Shown: one piece after another, positions 11,201 through 24,599 of the stretch | Numbering within the stretch: position 1 is the stretch's first letter | Layout of the letters: each line of letters begins with the position of its first letter | From: Pocillopora damicornis | Taxonomy: Eukaryota | Assembly (NCBI RefSeq): GCF_003704095.1 | Contig: NW_020844153.1 | Span: 1 to 64,000, forward strand | Direction: 5' to 3' | Length of the DNA: 64,000 nucleotides | Notes under the pieces: generated by a model | Told to the model about the DNA's origin: nothing | Database searches by the model: none | What the model saw: only the letters and a program-made list of their open reading frames with translations | Translations under genes and position numbers: made by a program

Positions 11201-14200
11201 TAAAACCAGGCGCAGCAAAGAAGGCTATTTTGCTTTTTGACGACTTGGCACAAAGTAGAGAAGCAGGTATGTTTCACTAAGAAAGCATACTGGTTTCAGA
11301 TTGTGCTCATGTATCCAGCAATATTTGTGATAAAGTATAGGTACAAAATTAAAATTGCTTTGATTTTATTCGGGAAGCTTTTTTTTTAATTTTATTTTTA
11401 TTTTATTTTATAAACTAGGGTTTTAAAACTAATGTCTTTGGTCATAATTGGACAATACAAAGGTGTTTTGTTAGGATTAATCGATGATTCTGTGGCACTA
11501 TCAGTCCCTAAATATGCTCAATTTCGTTTGCTCTCCCTATAGAGGTAAATGAAAAGTGATCCTTTTTTTTCCAAGGATAACGAAAAACGTGTCTTTCTCC
11601 CTCAGTCACACTGCTGTTTTTATCGTCGTCAGGTCATGTTCACACTGATCAACCAGATGCATATATCTGTTCAGATTTCCTTCTGGGAAAGTGTAAAAAG
11701 GGCATCAAGTGTTCTGAGCACCACTGCTCGTTGCCTTACCACTGGCAATACAGAGTCGAGAATAAAGGAGTCTGGAAGAGTTTTAGTGAGACTGACAATG
11801 AGAAGGTGGAGAAACTTTACTGTGACGCAATGATGAATGATTGCTCAGCCAATGGCTTCAAGCTGTCTTTCAAAAGGTAAGCCAAGGAGAGTCGTGTTTG
11901 AATACAGAGTATTTTGCAGAGGCAAACATAAATTGTTTATACAAGCTCAAGTCTAAAATTATGGGTTTACAAGCTCACTTCTTTGTAACCTCGATATTCC
12001 CTTATTCGTTGCTATCTGTTCTGGTAAATTGTGTTGTAATAATTTCTCATGATTAATTTATATGTATGGTTCTTTTTGAACCTCATTTATTCACAAGACC
12101 TTTGTAGACAAGCCCCTCAAGTTTAGATTACGATTGATGATCTGGTTTAGATCATCTTTCAGAAAGTGTTCTATTCTTGATGCAAATTCCTTATTAAAAG
12201 AAGCCCGCAATGAGGAATTTAACTTGATAAATAATGTACCCAAAATTTCATGATACTGAATTGGCACACAGATCGTAGTTAACTTAAAAATCGATTTTTT
12301 TAAGTCATGGATTCCCTCTCTTGGATGAAGAGTATACCGTGCAGTTCCTGTTTGAAAATGAGCTGATGCTTGTGCAGACAGATTTTGAAGTCGTCGCAGA
12401 CATTAGGCGGCTGTCCACAGAACCCTTCATCAATAATCCCGTTAATCCTTTGGCTGCTGTGTGGACTTGGTACTGGAAGGACGAAAATGGCATGTGGCTC
12501 GCGTATGGCTCAGACTACCTGGTAAGATTTTATGTGAGGTGCCATTTCTGGGTAATTGTTACAAACATGTTTTAAAGAAGAAATAACAAGTAAAGGTAGT
12601 AATTAGCCATGCTTTTTAAGCCTCATGTTATGTTAGGAAACTGTTAAGTCATGGACGTGTTAATAAGCAAACGTTATTTTGTTCAAGTCATTTGAAAAAA
12701 AAAATGAAAACAGTTAAACAAGCAGTAAACACAATCAGAAATCAGTAGATTAATTCATTGGAAATTTTTGTATATTTTCAGGGGAATGATCTTCAGCGAC
12801 CCATAGAAGAGGCATTCTTATCCACCCCATACTGCTATAAGTTTAAAATTGCCGAGCAAGACTATGTACTGCATTTCCTTAAAATGGAACAAGAAAACTT
12901 GAGGTATGGCACTAAACGACAAGTAAGGAGAAGACCTGGAGAATTTAGATCAGGCGCAGACATCCTGGAGATTCGAAGGTAATTTCAAGTGACAGTCAAA
13001 ACTTTCCGCAACGGCCACTTCTGAGGCAAAGAAATTTAGAAAGGGTGCAACACAGCACATTTTTTGTAAGAAGGGTCGAACTACATTTCTGAAGTTGTTA
13101 ACATGTTTATTTCAGCATATTAATACGTAACACACTCAAAGTAATGTACTGAAAAGAAAGGAAACATTAAACACCAAAGGATTGAAGCACACTGTTTTAT
13201 CATATTTTAAATACTTACTGCATGAAGAGAGCGATATGACCTTTCGGGGAGTAAGCCATGTTGCCCTGGTCAGGTGAGGGGTCAAACCTAGAGCTATCAA
13301 TCTGGAGAATGTGGCAAAGCCAGGAACGCCAGGATATTGGAATATCTCGGAGCACTAGACTGTATCGAAACAGTCGCAGCTTGACTTAACAAAATGCTCT
13401 TTCTGGCAAAACGGAGTGCAAAATGGTGCGATAGTAGTGGTGGAACTCCCCAAAAAACTAGGGAAGTTTGGGTCAGGTTACAGATAACTTTAAAATTTTG
13501 GTGGGTACATTAATTGCGCTTGAGTGTTTTTTTTTTTTTATGTCTGTCTTGCTTAAGTATAAGTATTTTCAATTTTTTTCGCCCAAGGTCATCCAGGAAG
13601 GGAAAACCGATTACAAATGTATCAAATACTGAAAGGCCTAGCAACTGGGCTTCTATGCCATCTACTAAGCAGTACACACGTGTCACGTTAAGCACTGTAT
13701 CATCTGAGTACAAAGAAGTGGAGAGGTTATTTAAAAGTTCAATCAAAAAAAGGGTCGTTATCCGTAGAATCCAGCGTGTGCAAAACTCTTTCATGTGGGG
13801 AAAGTATCAAAGGTATTATTTATTTATTTATATATATGTAGGAAATCTTTGTTTCGATTTTTCCGTCTTACAGTGCTCGATACATAAAAATAGAGCGTGA
13901 TATGTACTGTGTTAGGGGGAAAAAACAAGGAGACTACGCTTTCATCCCGAAAAGCCTGTTTAGTTATTAAAATCTCTCTTCAGGGGATTTTAAAATCCCC
14001 TGAAAAGTGATTTGAGTCAAAATCAACTTTTTGTGCTATATTATTTCAACGTTTTCGTAAATAATAGAAAAACTATTCACCTCAGTGTTGGTGGATTGTT
14101 TGAAACATTCTTATGTTGAAACATACTCTATTCTTCCGTGGAAATGGTCGTAATTGGGTATACGTAAAACGCTCTTTACCTGAAGCCTTGTTTTTGTTTG

Positions 14201-15018
14201 TTTTTGAAAGGAAAAAGGAATATTTGTTGACGATCAAGACAGGCGGTCACAAGTTTTCCCCCTTGAACGAAAAGAGGTTGTTCCACGGAACCAGCCCCGA
14301 TGCTGTAGAGGCCATTTGTAAACAAAACTTTGACTGGCGCTTAAACGGAAAGAACGCCACTGTTTATGGTGAAGGAAGTTATTTCGCTGTAAATGCCTCT
14401 TACAGCGATGCTTATGCAAAGAAAGACGCAAATTCGTCTCAATTCATATTCTTAGTCAAAGTCCTTGTTGGAACTTACACCAAAGGCGACTCCAGCTATC
14501 GAAGACCGCCTCCAAAACAACCATCCAATCCTTCGAGTGACCTGTACGACTCTTGTGTGGACGACGAGTACAATCCAACCATATTTGTGGTGTTTGACAC
14601 CGATCAGTTCTATCCAGAGTACATCATTGAGTATTCTGATGAAAGTAGAAGGTATTCCGGAGCTCACGGAGCTGGCCCTCAGACAGGAGCGTATGCAGTA
14701 CCTTCTTATAGCCGAGCTGCCCCATCTACCAGCTCCTTTAATCCCACAAGTGGTTATTACTCATCTAGTAGTGTGGCATCGAGTAGTTATGGCTCAGCCT
14801 CTAACAGCTCGTCTAGTACACCGTACCGCAGCACAGGTACAAGCTACTATTCAGGTACGGCGAGCTCTCATAATACAACATATTCATCGCACATCTCAAG
14901 CACAGGAACATCAAGAAATTATTCTTCATCAACGAATACTTCTAATGTGTCACACCACAGTTCAACTCCTAGCAGCTCCTCGAAATCTTCCAAAGACAAC
15001 AAGTGCTTGGTAATGTGA
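8236..15018 (+). CDS. PARP12: PARP12/ZAP(ZC3HAV1)-like protein A, ~1573 aa: 3x(HTH+4 CCCH) - CCCH - WWE-WWE - mono-ART (H-Y-I) - Ser-rich tail - CaaX
   Basis: Exons 8236-11266, 11633-11876, 12305-12521, 12782-12978, 13588-13812, 14211-15018; all introns GT-AG, phases 1,2,0,2,2, total 4722 nt in frame. Motifs: CCCH fingers, LPYHWQY, WTWYWKDENGMW, LFHGT, NFDWR, YGEGSYFA, YDSCVD, TIFVVF, QFYPEY; ends KCLVM*. Confidence 0.9.
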
Positions 15019-16194
15019 CTTCAAAGAAGGAGAGAGTGTGTCTGTGTTTCGTACTAATGATGGATAATGCTATATTTGTTGAAGTAGGTTTTTGTAAAGG
15101 AGTTTCTGAATCTAGGAGCACTAACTGCAGACGTAAATTTCTTCGAAAAGTTCACCGCAGTTTTGAAGCATACACGTAATTGATTTTAGGACTGTTATGT
15201 GGAAGTTACTTATGCTTTTCGGTGTCTGTCTTTATGACGTATGATTCAAATAGTTTCACATGTGGTGATGTAACTTCCTTTCCTACTAAGCTTTTGAACA
15301 ATTCTCTAAGTATGTAAACGGTTCAGTCGTATGATATGTGGATTTGTTTCTAGGTGCCGTTTTAAAAATTCTTTATCGTTCACCAATGCCACTAGTGAAC
15401 GTGGATCGAAAATTTGATGTGCAGATAGTGTCTTTGTAAAATGCAGCGGAGACAGCAACCTCCTGCACTATGGATATTTGATCGCCCGATAGAAAAAAGT
15501 CCTGTTCGAAAACACGAAAAAAACAAGACAAAATTCAAACACACACTGAAGTGCAAAAAAAAAAAAATAAATAAATAAATAGAAACAAAGGCAAACGAGA
15601 AAAAACTCTGAAAACGAGAACAAACTCAAGTTTAGAAGCAAAACAAAAAGTTAACAAACGAGACAAAACAAAAGAAGAGAACCGCAGAAAGCTAGGAGTT
15701 AAACTCTTTAGAAGAGATAGGTGGGTTTGGGCTATTAGTTTAATCTCATTATATTCTTTATTTTTTTTTTCTTAGAAATTACGTAAAAATGCTTTACAGT
15801 TAAATGAATAGACGGGGTCGGGCACCTGTCTTTATCCCTGTTATCGTCAATTTAAATCATGTAATGATTCATGCGAGGGGGCAAGAAATAAGCAATATCT
15901 CACAAGTAGCAGAGTGTAGGGAACATGAGCAAACAATACTTCTACGTCAGTGAATCATCGCATGATCTAAACTAGATGGTAGCAAGGATCTAAACACGTT
16001 ACCCAAGTACATATATCATTATTCACTGAGAGACCTCCCTGAATCGAAAAAGCTCTCTAGTCATATAGACTTATCGCTTAACTTGTGATGGTTTAAGCGG
16101 TTAGAAATACGGTTGTTAATGATCGTTTCGTGAGTGACAAGCTAAGACCAGCGTTAAGCTCAGGTACTTTATTCTTCAGAAAATGGAAACATGA

Positions 16195-16530
16195 ATGAGA
16201 ACAAGAACAATGATGATGATAACGATAACGATGATGAGAATTACAGTGGTAGATGATTGTAATGATGATAAAAAAAATCAAATCAAAAAAATTCTTGATC
16301 AAAAAAGGAACAATAAGAGCAAAAATAATAATGATGATGATGATGATGATGACGACGATGACGGTGACGGTGACGATGACCTCGAAGACTATGATAACGA
16401 TGATGATAATGATGAGGTCGATGAGGATAACGTTGAGGATAACGAGGACGCTGACGATATCGATGACGATGACGATAAAAATGATGACGATGACAATAAC
16501 GTTGGTAATGAAAGATGTTAACGTTAATAA
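16195..16530 (+). repeat. Degenerate (GAT/GAC/AAT)n low-complexity trinucleotide tract
   Basis: gatgatgat/gacgat/gataac runs, which produce poly-D, poly-I and poly-H ORFs in several frames. Confidence 0.85.
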
Positions 16531-18352
16531 TGTCTGTCGAAACAAACAAAAAATAATAACATCAACTCAGAGAATGGTTTGGTAACCTCTATGAAAAAAC
16601 TAAAGCGTTACTTTTCTCTGTTAAGGAAACCACACAACGTATTAACGCGGTTCTTAGCCCCACGATATTTTCAAAACAACCTACATACGTCGTCGTGGTC
16701 AGATAGAATTGTATTTGATATACGATTCAAATTACCTTCGCCTTGCCGAAATAGAAAAGTCGTATCTGCTTGAGTGTTTCCTTCTATAGTGCAAACGGGT
16801 GTAAGAAAACACATCCAGTGTTAAGCTAGTCCGTTTAACACAATTACTCTGATTTTTTAAATACTGTTCGAAGAGTATTCAACCCAAAAGTTGTGAAGTG
16901 TAATGCCGAATTCAATGTTTTTCAGAATTATGTTAAATTTGTTTGCCATGAGCGGGCAGTTTACTGAGATGTATTATGAAATACCTTTGATTCGTTATGT
17001 GCACAGTTAAAAGGCTTAAAAATGGGAGTTAAATTAAGTTATTCTTGCAATTGAAATAAGTGTGGACTGATGTAAAATTATTGAGCTCAAATAAATAATT
17101 CAAGGATTACACAATGCTTCTTCTTTTATTCATTCTTTCATCGATCTTTGAAATTATTACGCATCTTAAACTGCTTAGCTACCTGGTTGAGTTTGGAGTT
17201 GCCCTATAGGGAAGATATTCAAACTTCTGAAAACACTGAAAACGTAATATTCCGTCCAGACTTAACATATTACCCTATTTATTTGCTCATTTTGCGGCGA
17301 CATAAGTGCGCAATTTAGACCTCATTCATAAATGGCGGCCAACTTTAATTTATGTAAATCTACGTTTCTGGTCTTGACAGCAAGTTTGAAAACAAAATAA
17401 TTTCCACGTTAAAGCTAGGCTAGGGAGTTAATTTACATGTATGTACAAAAGAGAGAGGGCTATTTTCACACGCACACGCACGCATACAAAAAGGTTTGTT
17501 ATCAATTATATCTGAGAGGATTGCATGACACTTTCATTGTACAGTTAAGTCCAATGTGTTCAAAAGGGGCACTTGGGATTCTTTGATTTTCCGCCGGTTT
17601 GCATTCATTTGAATAATTTTCGATGTCTCGGTCCTTGATTCATTGAGATTCTCGAACTTTCCGTTCTGTTTCCGTCGGTTTCTATTTTTTGCTAAGATAG
17701 TTTTCCTTTACGTTTTCATCTTCGCCTATCTTTTCCCTGGGGTCATCGATCGCCTCTCTTCAGATCTAGTCCACCCACATTCTTGGTGCGGTTTTGAGAT
17801 ATTTGTGTTCCTGTTTTCGTTTCAGAAACAATTGAAATTGCGTTCCTCAGTTGCTTCGCGTAATTGCAAAGAAAGACAGTCCTCCAAAACAGCTTCAAAA
17901 GTAGATAAAACTGGAATAGGTCAGTGAAATAAATATGTTTTCCCCTACAGTGGGTGCTTAACCTTTAAAGAAAGTAGTGAATTTACCAGACTTTCAGGTA
18001 AACGAGTTAAGTTTCCCAGTCAACAGTAACGCAACTGGTTCAGGAGTTAATTCAGAAGCGATTTTATTAGTGAGGTAATGTAAAAATGAATAAAACTAGA
18101 TTGGCCACTTCATTTCTATTCTCAAACCAAACGTGGCATGTCCTTTCTGTTTCCTGATGGAAAACCCACCTTTTCTTGCTTTTGAAAAGAAACCATTCAG
18201 GCCTGAAATTCTTGTATACTAAATGAAATTGCAATTGGAATATTTATTTAACACTTGAGAGCACAAAATAGGAACGGTCGTGAAAATTACAATTTGAGGA
18301 ACTACTAATTGCACGATTTCTTTTGTAATTCTGGGGAACACACTTATCATAA

Positions 18353-19240
18353 ATGTCGAAAATTTCCCCTTGGCGACGAAATGGAGGAAATCACAGCTCC
18401 GAAAGCGAAGAGGAATCTTCTGAAACATTTTTAGACATCAATTTGAAATTCACTTCGAATGGCAATTCTTCGGGAAAGATCGTAGGATTCCCTCCCATCA
18501 CTGATGAATTGGATAAGAAAGGAAGCACACCTTGTATATCGTTTATGGACGAAGATTTAATGATAGATCACACAAAGAAAATGCCAGAACATATGAAACA
18601 GCGATGGAGAAGGGCTGCAATATGGGTGACGGTGTTCTGCATTGTTGTATCTTTTAGTATAACAATTGCTTCGTTTCGAGCCGCCGGGGCGTACGACAGC
18701 TCTTCTGCTCTCGCGCTCGCATTTGATTGTGCTAATGCTTTCTTATGCTCCTTCGTTGTTCTGTGGAGATTCAAGACAGCAAAGAACGGCAGTTTGGGGT
18801 ATAAAAGAGAGAGAATATCCTGTCTTGTGTTTGCGACTTCTTTTATTGTCAGCGGAACTTTGACTGCGGGATTATCAATCAAAAGAATTGTCGAGAAAGA
18901 TCATCCCACCAAAACGTTTTGCATCGTGGCTGTTCTAAGCGTTGGTTGCTTTCTGTACACTTTGCTAGCCGTGATGCAGTGTTACGTTTCTAAGAAACTT
19001 TTAAGTTCAGCGATGCTCGGGAGCTGTATAGACTCCGTGTTATCGGCTGCACTGATGTTTGGCCTTCTTATTAGTAACTGCGCCTTTTTACTTGTTCATA
19101 CAGACTTGTGGTATCTAGACCATTCCATGGCAATTTTAGTTGCACTAGTGACAATACTTTGCGGCTTGCAAATTCTGGTGGAAGTGTTGTTTTATAAGAA
19201 ACTTCCAATAGATATGATGCCTTGTAAGGAATGCTATTAG
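18353..19240 (+). CDS. TMEM163: TMEM163-like (CDF/ZnT-related cation transporter), intronless CDS, 295 aa
   Basis: Six hydrophobic segments. WRRAAIWV...SSSALALAFD....VVLWRF...RERISC...KKLLSSAM...WYLDHSMAILV parallels TMEM163 (YRKKALWVS..SASAFGFAFD..IVLWRY..REYIAC..WYLDGSIGVL) as recalled. Confidence 0.8.
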   Translation: MSKISPWRRNGGNHSSESEEESSETFLDINLKFTSNGNSSGKIVGFPPITDELDKKGSTPCISFMDEDLMIDHTKKMPEHMKQRWRRAAIWVTVFCIVVSFSITIASFRAAGAYDSSSALALAFDCANAFLCSFVVLWRFKTAKNGSLGYKRERISCLVFATSFIVSGTLTAGLSIKRIVEKDHPTKTFCIVAVLSVGCFLYTLLAVMQCYVSKKLLSSAMLGSCIDSVLSAALMFGLLISNCAFLLVHTDLWYLDHSMAILVALVTILCGLQILVEVLFYKKLPIDMMPCKECY

Positions 19241-20431
19241 CGCCATAACTAAGTTATGCCCATATAAATTTATTTCTGTCTCTTAAACATATCAATCTGC
19301 TAAAATTTGCATAATAATTTATCAAGAGTAATCACTATATATCAGGACAGATATCATCCTCAATAATCCGTGTGCTTTTAAGTATTTGCCGAAGAAAGCT
19401 TCACTAGATGACAACTTTCTGTGTTACCATGTAGTCTTTTATCAGTTTTTTAAATTTGCAAAGTCTCCATTCAGGCGAGTTGATATCCCGCTGTGCTGAC
19501 GCATACTTTCCCTGAGAAAGAACCGGCACGCAGTGTGTTAATACATATATGTCCTCTTGTTGTTCTTCAATGGGGAGTTCGTGTGCCGGTCTTAGATAGC
19601 CTTTAGGGGTAGCAGCTAGAAACTTAATAATATATTGCAAGGTGCTGAAGCGAAAATTTTCCTTGTGAAAACTAACTGATCATAGACCATTTCCCGGTGC
19701 AAAATAACAATTAGTCATCAGAAACGCGAATTTAGCCGGTTGTCGTCAATTTCACGATTATGAAAGGAGAAAAAGAAGATTGAACGCTTTCCTGATCGCA
19801 TAAGCTCCTGTCGTGAGGAAAAAGCCGCCAGTTTATGCGCCGCATGTTAATTAATTCGTCGGGCAAATCACTTTGACACCCACTCCTCTTTTTTATATTT
19901 TCCATAATTTACCTTCGGGAGAGACCTCACGTTTGGAGCCTCGCTCCATAACTTATTAGCAGAAATAATAAGATTAAAAGAGATGGAAAATTTGGTATGG
20001 ATTAAAAAATTTCATTGAGTGCTTGTTTACATTCAAAGTAGCTAAATTTACTGTGACGACATTTTTAATTCTGTTTTTTTAATTCAGAGGATTCTCGAAC
20101 GCGACCTTACATCAGCAACGCAATCAGCGCAAAAGGGAAACCATTGTTTAAAACTAGCAAAAAGATCAACATTTTCGAATGAAAAATTTCGAAAGCAGTG
20201 TGGGAAATCAGATAATCATTTAAAAAACCAGAATTAAGGAATTATAGACGTAATAGACGGAATAGCTTGCGAAGAGGGTACGTGCGAATGTTTTGCATGC
20301 AAGAACATTCTTGACAAAAAGCAATATTATCATTTCCCGAGGCGAAGACTGCTCATGACAAAGGAAAAGCCATATGATGATCATTACTTTTCGATTTGAA
20401 CGTCATGTTTCAGTGGTCAGCCACCAGTGAC

Positions 20432-23340
20432 ATGGAGTACGATAATGTGGTCCACAAAGTGTTTAACTTTGTCTACGATTCTGGCGGTTTCGCCGAATTG
20501 GATTAAATTTTTTAGAGCATCCGTCACCATTAGCATTTAAAGGGACAGAGGGAAGAGTGATAAGATGGTTGAAGAGGCAAGTGGTCTTGCAGTTGTAAAA
20601 GATCGCAATGGTGAAACTGCTGGTGCGCATACTGATCTAAGGAAGAAAATGTGCCAGGAGTATGTAATCAAAGGGTCATGTACAAGAGGGCAAGAAAGGT
20701 GTAAGTTTTGGCATCTCTGCAAAAGTTTTATTGACGGAAATTGTGACGGAGACTGTAAATGCTCATTCAATTTTTTGTACAAGGTTAGCAAGAAAAACAC
20801 AGAAAAGTTCAACCTCGAAAAGAGAACAAATGACGCGATAAAAAGCGTGGTAGCCTGGAGTCTTCCTCAGGTTTACTTGTTGTATTTAAGAACAGATTGT
20901 AAATCAAATAAGTGCCCATATCTTCACATCTGCCCCAAGGCAATTCGAGAGTCGCCTTGTAAATAAGCCACGTCACATAATGTGACCGATTTTCATAATG
21001 TACTAGTCCTCAGACAGTACGATCTGAAACCGCATAAGGGGATGAGTATCGATTTTTTCCGCTGCAGTATTTTAGTCCTAAAAGAACAAAAGCGTATCAA
21101 GGGGTGCAAATACTCAAGTGTTGCTCCCATTAAAAAGGGAAGCGGTAGTCATGCCCAAATTTCAATCGTCACGGCATCACCTCCAAGTGTAGCGGGCGCA
21201 CGTTGCTCAGGTAACGCGACTGCAAAGAGTTCGCCAAGTGACTCTTTGACTGGCGCTCAACGAAGTAACACTAAAAATGCAACAAAATGGTCGAAAAGAA
21301 AAACAAAGCAGTAAACAACCTAAAAAAGTGTCACATCACTTGGTAAAATCATCCGTTCCACTTGTTAACAACCTGGCCAAACATTCCCGTTCAATGCTGA
21401 ATAATAGGTCCCTCAATTTTCTATACATTCCATCTGAAGACAAGGTTGAATTGCCGATGGATTCGACATCAGATGAAAATGTCAATACCAGGATGTGTCC
21501 AAACCCAATCAAGTACACCGATAAACCAAACACTCCACCCAGCGATCACAATAATCTTCCAAAGTCTTCACAAAAATCCACCAACCATTCTCCAACCATT
21601 GACGCAAACTTGGAAGATAAAAACAAAGTCGAAAACATTTTTGAAGCTGGTTCCAACGCAGATGAAAAACCATCAAGTAGCAAAAGTTGCCAGGTGAGAT
21701 ACCTTGGTAGCATTTCCAGCTCACGTATTGCTGTCACCCACTTCGAACCATCAGAGTTAAAGGTTTTCGAGTGTCTGTGCAAAGAGTACCTCTAATCGGC
21801 CCCTTTTTCTATCATTTGTAAATGGACGGATCTCTACCCTCCCGAGCATTCTGATATCGAGCTGTGGTTTCGTGAGAACAAAGGAAGTTTTTCGATAAAG
21901 GAAGATGATTAGGGAATGATTTCAGAAGTTTAAGCCTTCTCTTCAAGGGCATGTATCTGTCATGGTTATACCTGCAATGTAACTTGTTCGAATGAAAGCT
22001 GCTCGTACATGCACGTTTGCAAAGATTACGTCACTGATTCGTGTTCCAATGGGGCAACTTGTCACTGGAATCACAGCTTTCACAACGGAAAAGACCGGGT
22101 ATGGCTGTCGAGAATTAAGCTAGATCAGTTTATTGAGGAAGAGCTTCGTTGGCTCGTGTTGACATCGACACCACAGATTTGCGCAGAGTACAACAATGGA
22201 ATTTGTCAGGATGGGTCCTCGTGCACCAGAATCCATACGTGCATCGCCTACTTACTGAGGCGCTGTAAAGCATCTGGCTGCGGTCTTAGCCATGAAGAGA
22301 CCATGAGGAGTGAGCACAATAGGGCAGTGCTTGACTGGTATCAGGTGACCGATTTGGATTCAGGCTATCTCGACCAGCTCATTCTGATGAATGAAGAACC
22401 GGTTAAAAAAGGCGACACAGCTAATTCAAAAGTGCGAATTTGCAATTCAGTTTTTCCTCACGACTCAAGGGATTCCCACACGGTTGCTGCAAGTCCCTAA
22501 GCCCAAAGCCAAATTATCACAAGCAGTGCTGTCCCAGTCTCAAATATTTTCAAGAGCAGCACCCTGGATGCTGAAGAAATCCAACCGCCACTGTGGTCAC
22601 GGGTCCAGGTATCCTTTGTCTCACTTTTACAGACGAGGCAAGGTTACCAGCAGCCACTTTTCCTTCAATGAAGTTCTAACCGTCAACAAATCTTCCAGAA
22701 CAAAAAGTGCAAGGGAACTCTTGGCCAGGGAAAGGTTTTTCAAGTCCCCATGTATCAGAACCGTGCACCTCTGTTAAGGGGGGAAATGATTCATAGAGAG
22801 ATGGCCAAAGACCCTGTGATACAAGTTCGGTTGTCTCATAAAAAATTATCACGGAAGGCTCCCTGTTATCAAAACTCTTTGTTTCATGGGCAGCTGTTCA
22901 AAACGAGAGAGTTACCACCAACGCTCCTTCAGGCAGATATCCCCCATATCATTGCAGCTGAGTTGCAGTCACGGAGAGACTCTGTTACTCGTGACAAGTC
23001 AGGGTGTTCAACCAAGTTTAACGGGGAAAGCGATCATTCTGATGAACTAACTACACAAGGAAGAACCTGGAGCTCATCTTGGCTGTCAATAACCCGTAAT
23101 GACGATGATGCATTCACACAGTCCAGTTATTAAGCGAGGACTATGACTGCCATAAATATACCCATTTGTGCAGATCGTGCGTTTAGCTCTTCAAGCCGTT
23201 CAACTTTCACCAACCACTTATTAGTCTTGAAGGCGCATGTTCCAAGCTGTTCCTGTCCAAGAAAATTTTCCCCGGGAAAGATGAAAATTATAACAGCCAT
23301 CATCATATCTATGATCATCTGTATGATTACAATCATTTGA
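20432..23340 (+). pseudogene. Decayed ZAP-like CCCH gene (two HTH+4xCCCH modules, no WWE/PARP exons seen), possible C-terminal TM
   Basis: Starts MEYDNVVHKVFNFVYDSGGFAELD* at 20432. Fragments KKMCQEY..GSC.RG...CKFWHLCKSFI and SELKVFECLCKEY..MHVCKDYVTDSCSNGATC align with modules 1 and 3 of gene A, with multiple stops and frameshifts. Confidence 0.85.
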
Positions 23341-24599
23341 TACAACAGCTGAATGATTTTATTGCTTTTTTAAAACGTGATTTCACTTGAACACCGATTA
23401 CATAGGTTTTGACATGTAAACGTTTTGCTTTTTAAGCATTATTTCCCTTTCATAACTGCTTAGAAAACTGTACGATCAGAACAAACTTACTCATCGCTGG
23501 AGCGCTGACTTTTGCGCATGGATTACCTAGCAACAAAAGAATACTGGCAGAGTAGGGGTCAGCGTGCGTAAATTTTGGAAATAAGGAAAATAACGCTTGC
23601 ATCTCTTTTTATGGCCATCAAATCTATGTATTAACACAAAAATGCAGTCTTTTATCGTTTCTTTTATATCTGCGACCACCGAGTACGAAGAAAAAGACAT
23701 CAAAAACTTTTTAATTTCAACAACCGTTTAATGCCATAGTTTTAACTTAAAGTTTACAAGTTCTATAACTTCCAAATAACATGATGTTTTTCTGGATACA
23801 ACTGTCGTGTTCAGTTCATCGCAGCCGTTGACGCGAACAAGATCTCTTCCACAAGAAACAGTACCATTTCTCAAGGGTAAAATACACTAGGTGGTATAGC
23901 CAGGAAATTAAGGTCACCAAAGGATAAGCTGAACAAGACATTGTTTCCTTCACTGATTTGGCAATTCACCTTACCGAATCAAAGGTACTAGACTGCGAAA
24001 ACATTAGCAATCAATGTGAAAAAATATATATATTGATAAGTTAACGATAAAGAGTACATATACATATAACATTGGCGCTTAGGAGTAAAAGTAAAGGAAA
24101 AAAGTAGTGATTTAAGCAATGGATAAAGAAGCGCAAATCAACTAACGCCTTACACCGCACGCCAACAAGCAAGCGTCGCACATCTTTCCGTGACCAAAAA
24201 AACGCCAAGATTTGACAACGGCGCGCGCTAACGCTTTGCCCACTGGAAGCCGTAGAGACATCGCGTTACACCTCGATGCGTTCACTGAATCTAATTTCGG
24301 CGAGGCGCGCGGCGAAGAGACACCGAAATGTATTACAATTCATCTAATGATACTAAATAACATAATGGCATTTCATTAAAACTCTTAAATAAATTATGAT
24401 TAAGTTATGATTAAGTTATGAGCTACACCAAGAGCAAGTTCTGCTATAGTTTTGCTGATTTACGGTGCATTCTTCGACACTAATGCGTTCAATTGTTTAT
24501 TAAACTTGTACAGCTCTATATTTAGCTACAAAACGCTTACTTAAGCTAACGATATATAACCCGTCACTTCCACGCGTGACCATGACAGAGGTTCTCCTT

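Noticed and set aside
14465-15013. 182-aa overlapping plus-frame ORF
   Set aside because: TTG-start alternative frame within the PARP exon with no recognisable motif.
16093-16585. Poly-Asp, poly-Ile and poly-His ORFs, e.g. a coral acid-rich skeletal protein
   Set aside because: Several frames are open only because of a degenerate trinucleotide tract; no signal peptide or convincing splice context seen.
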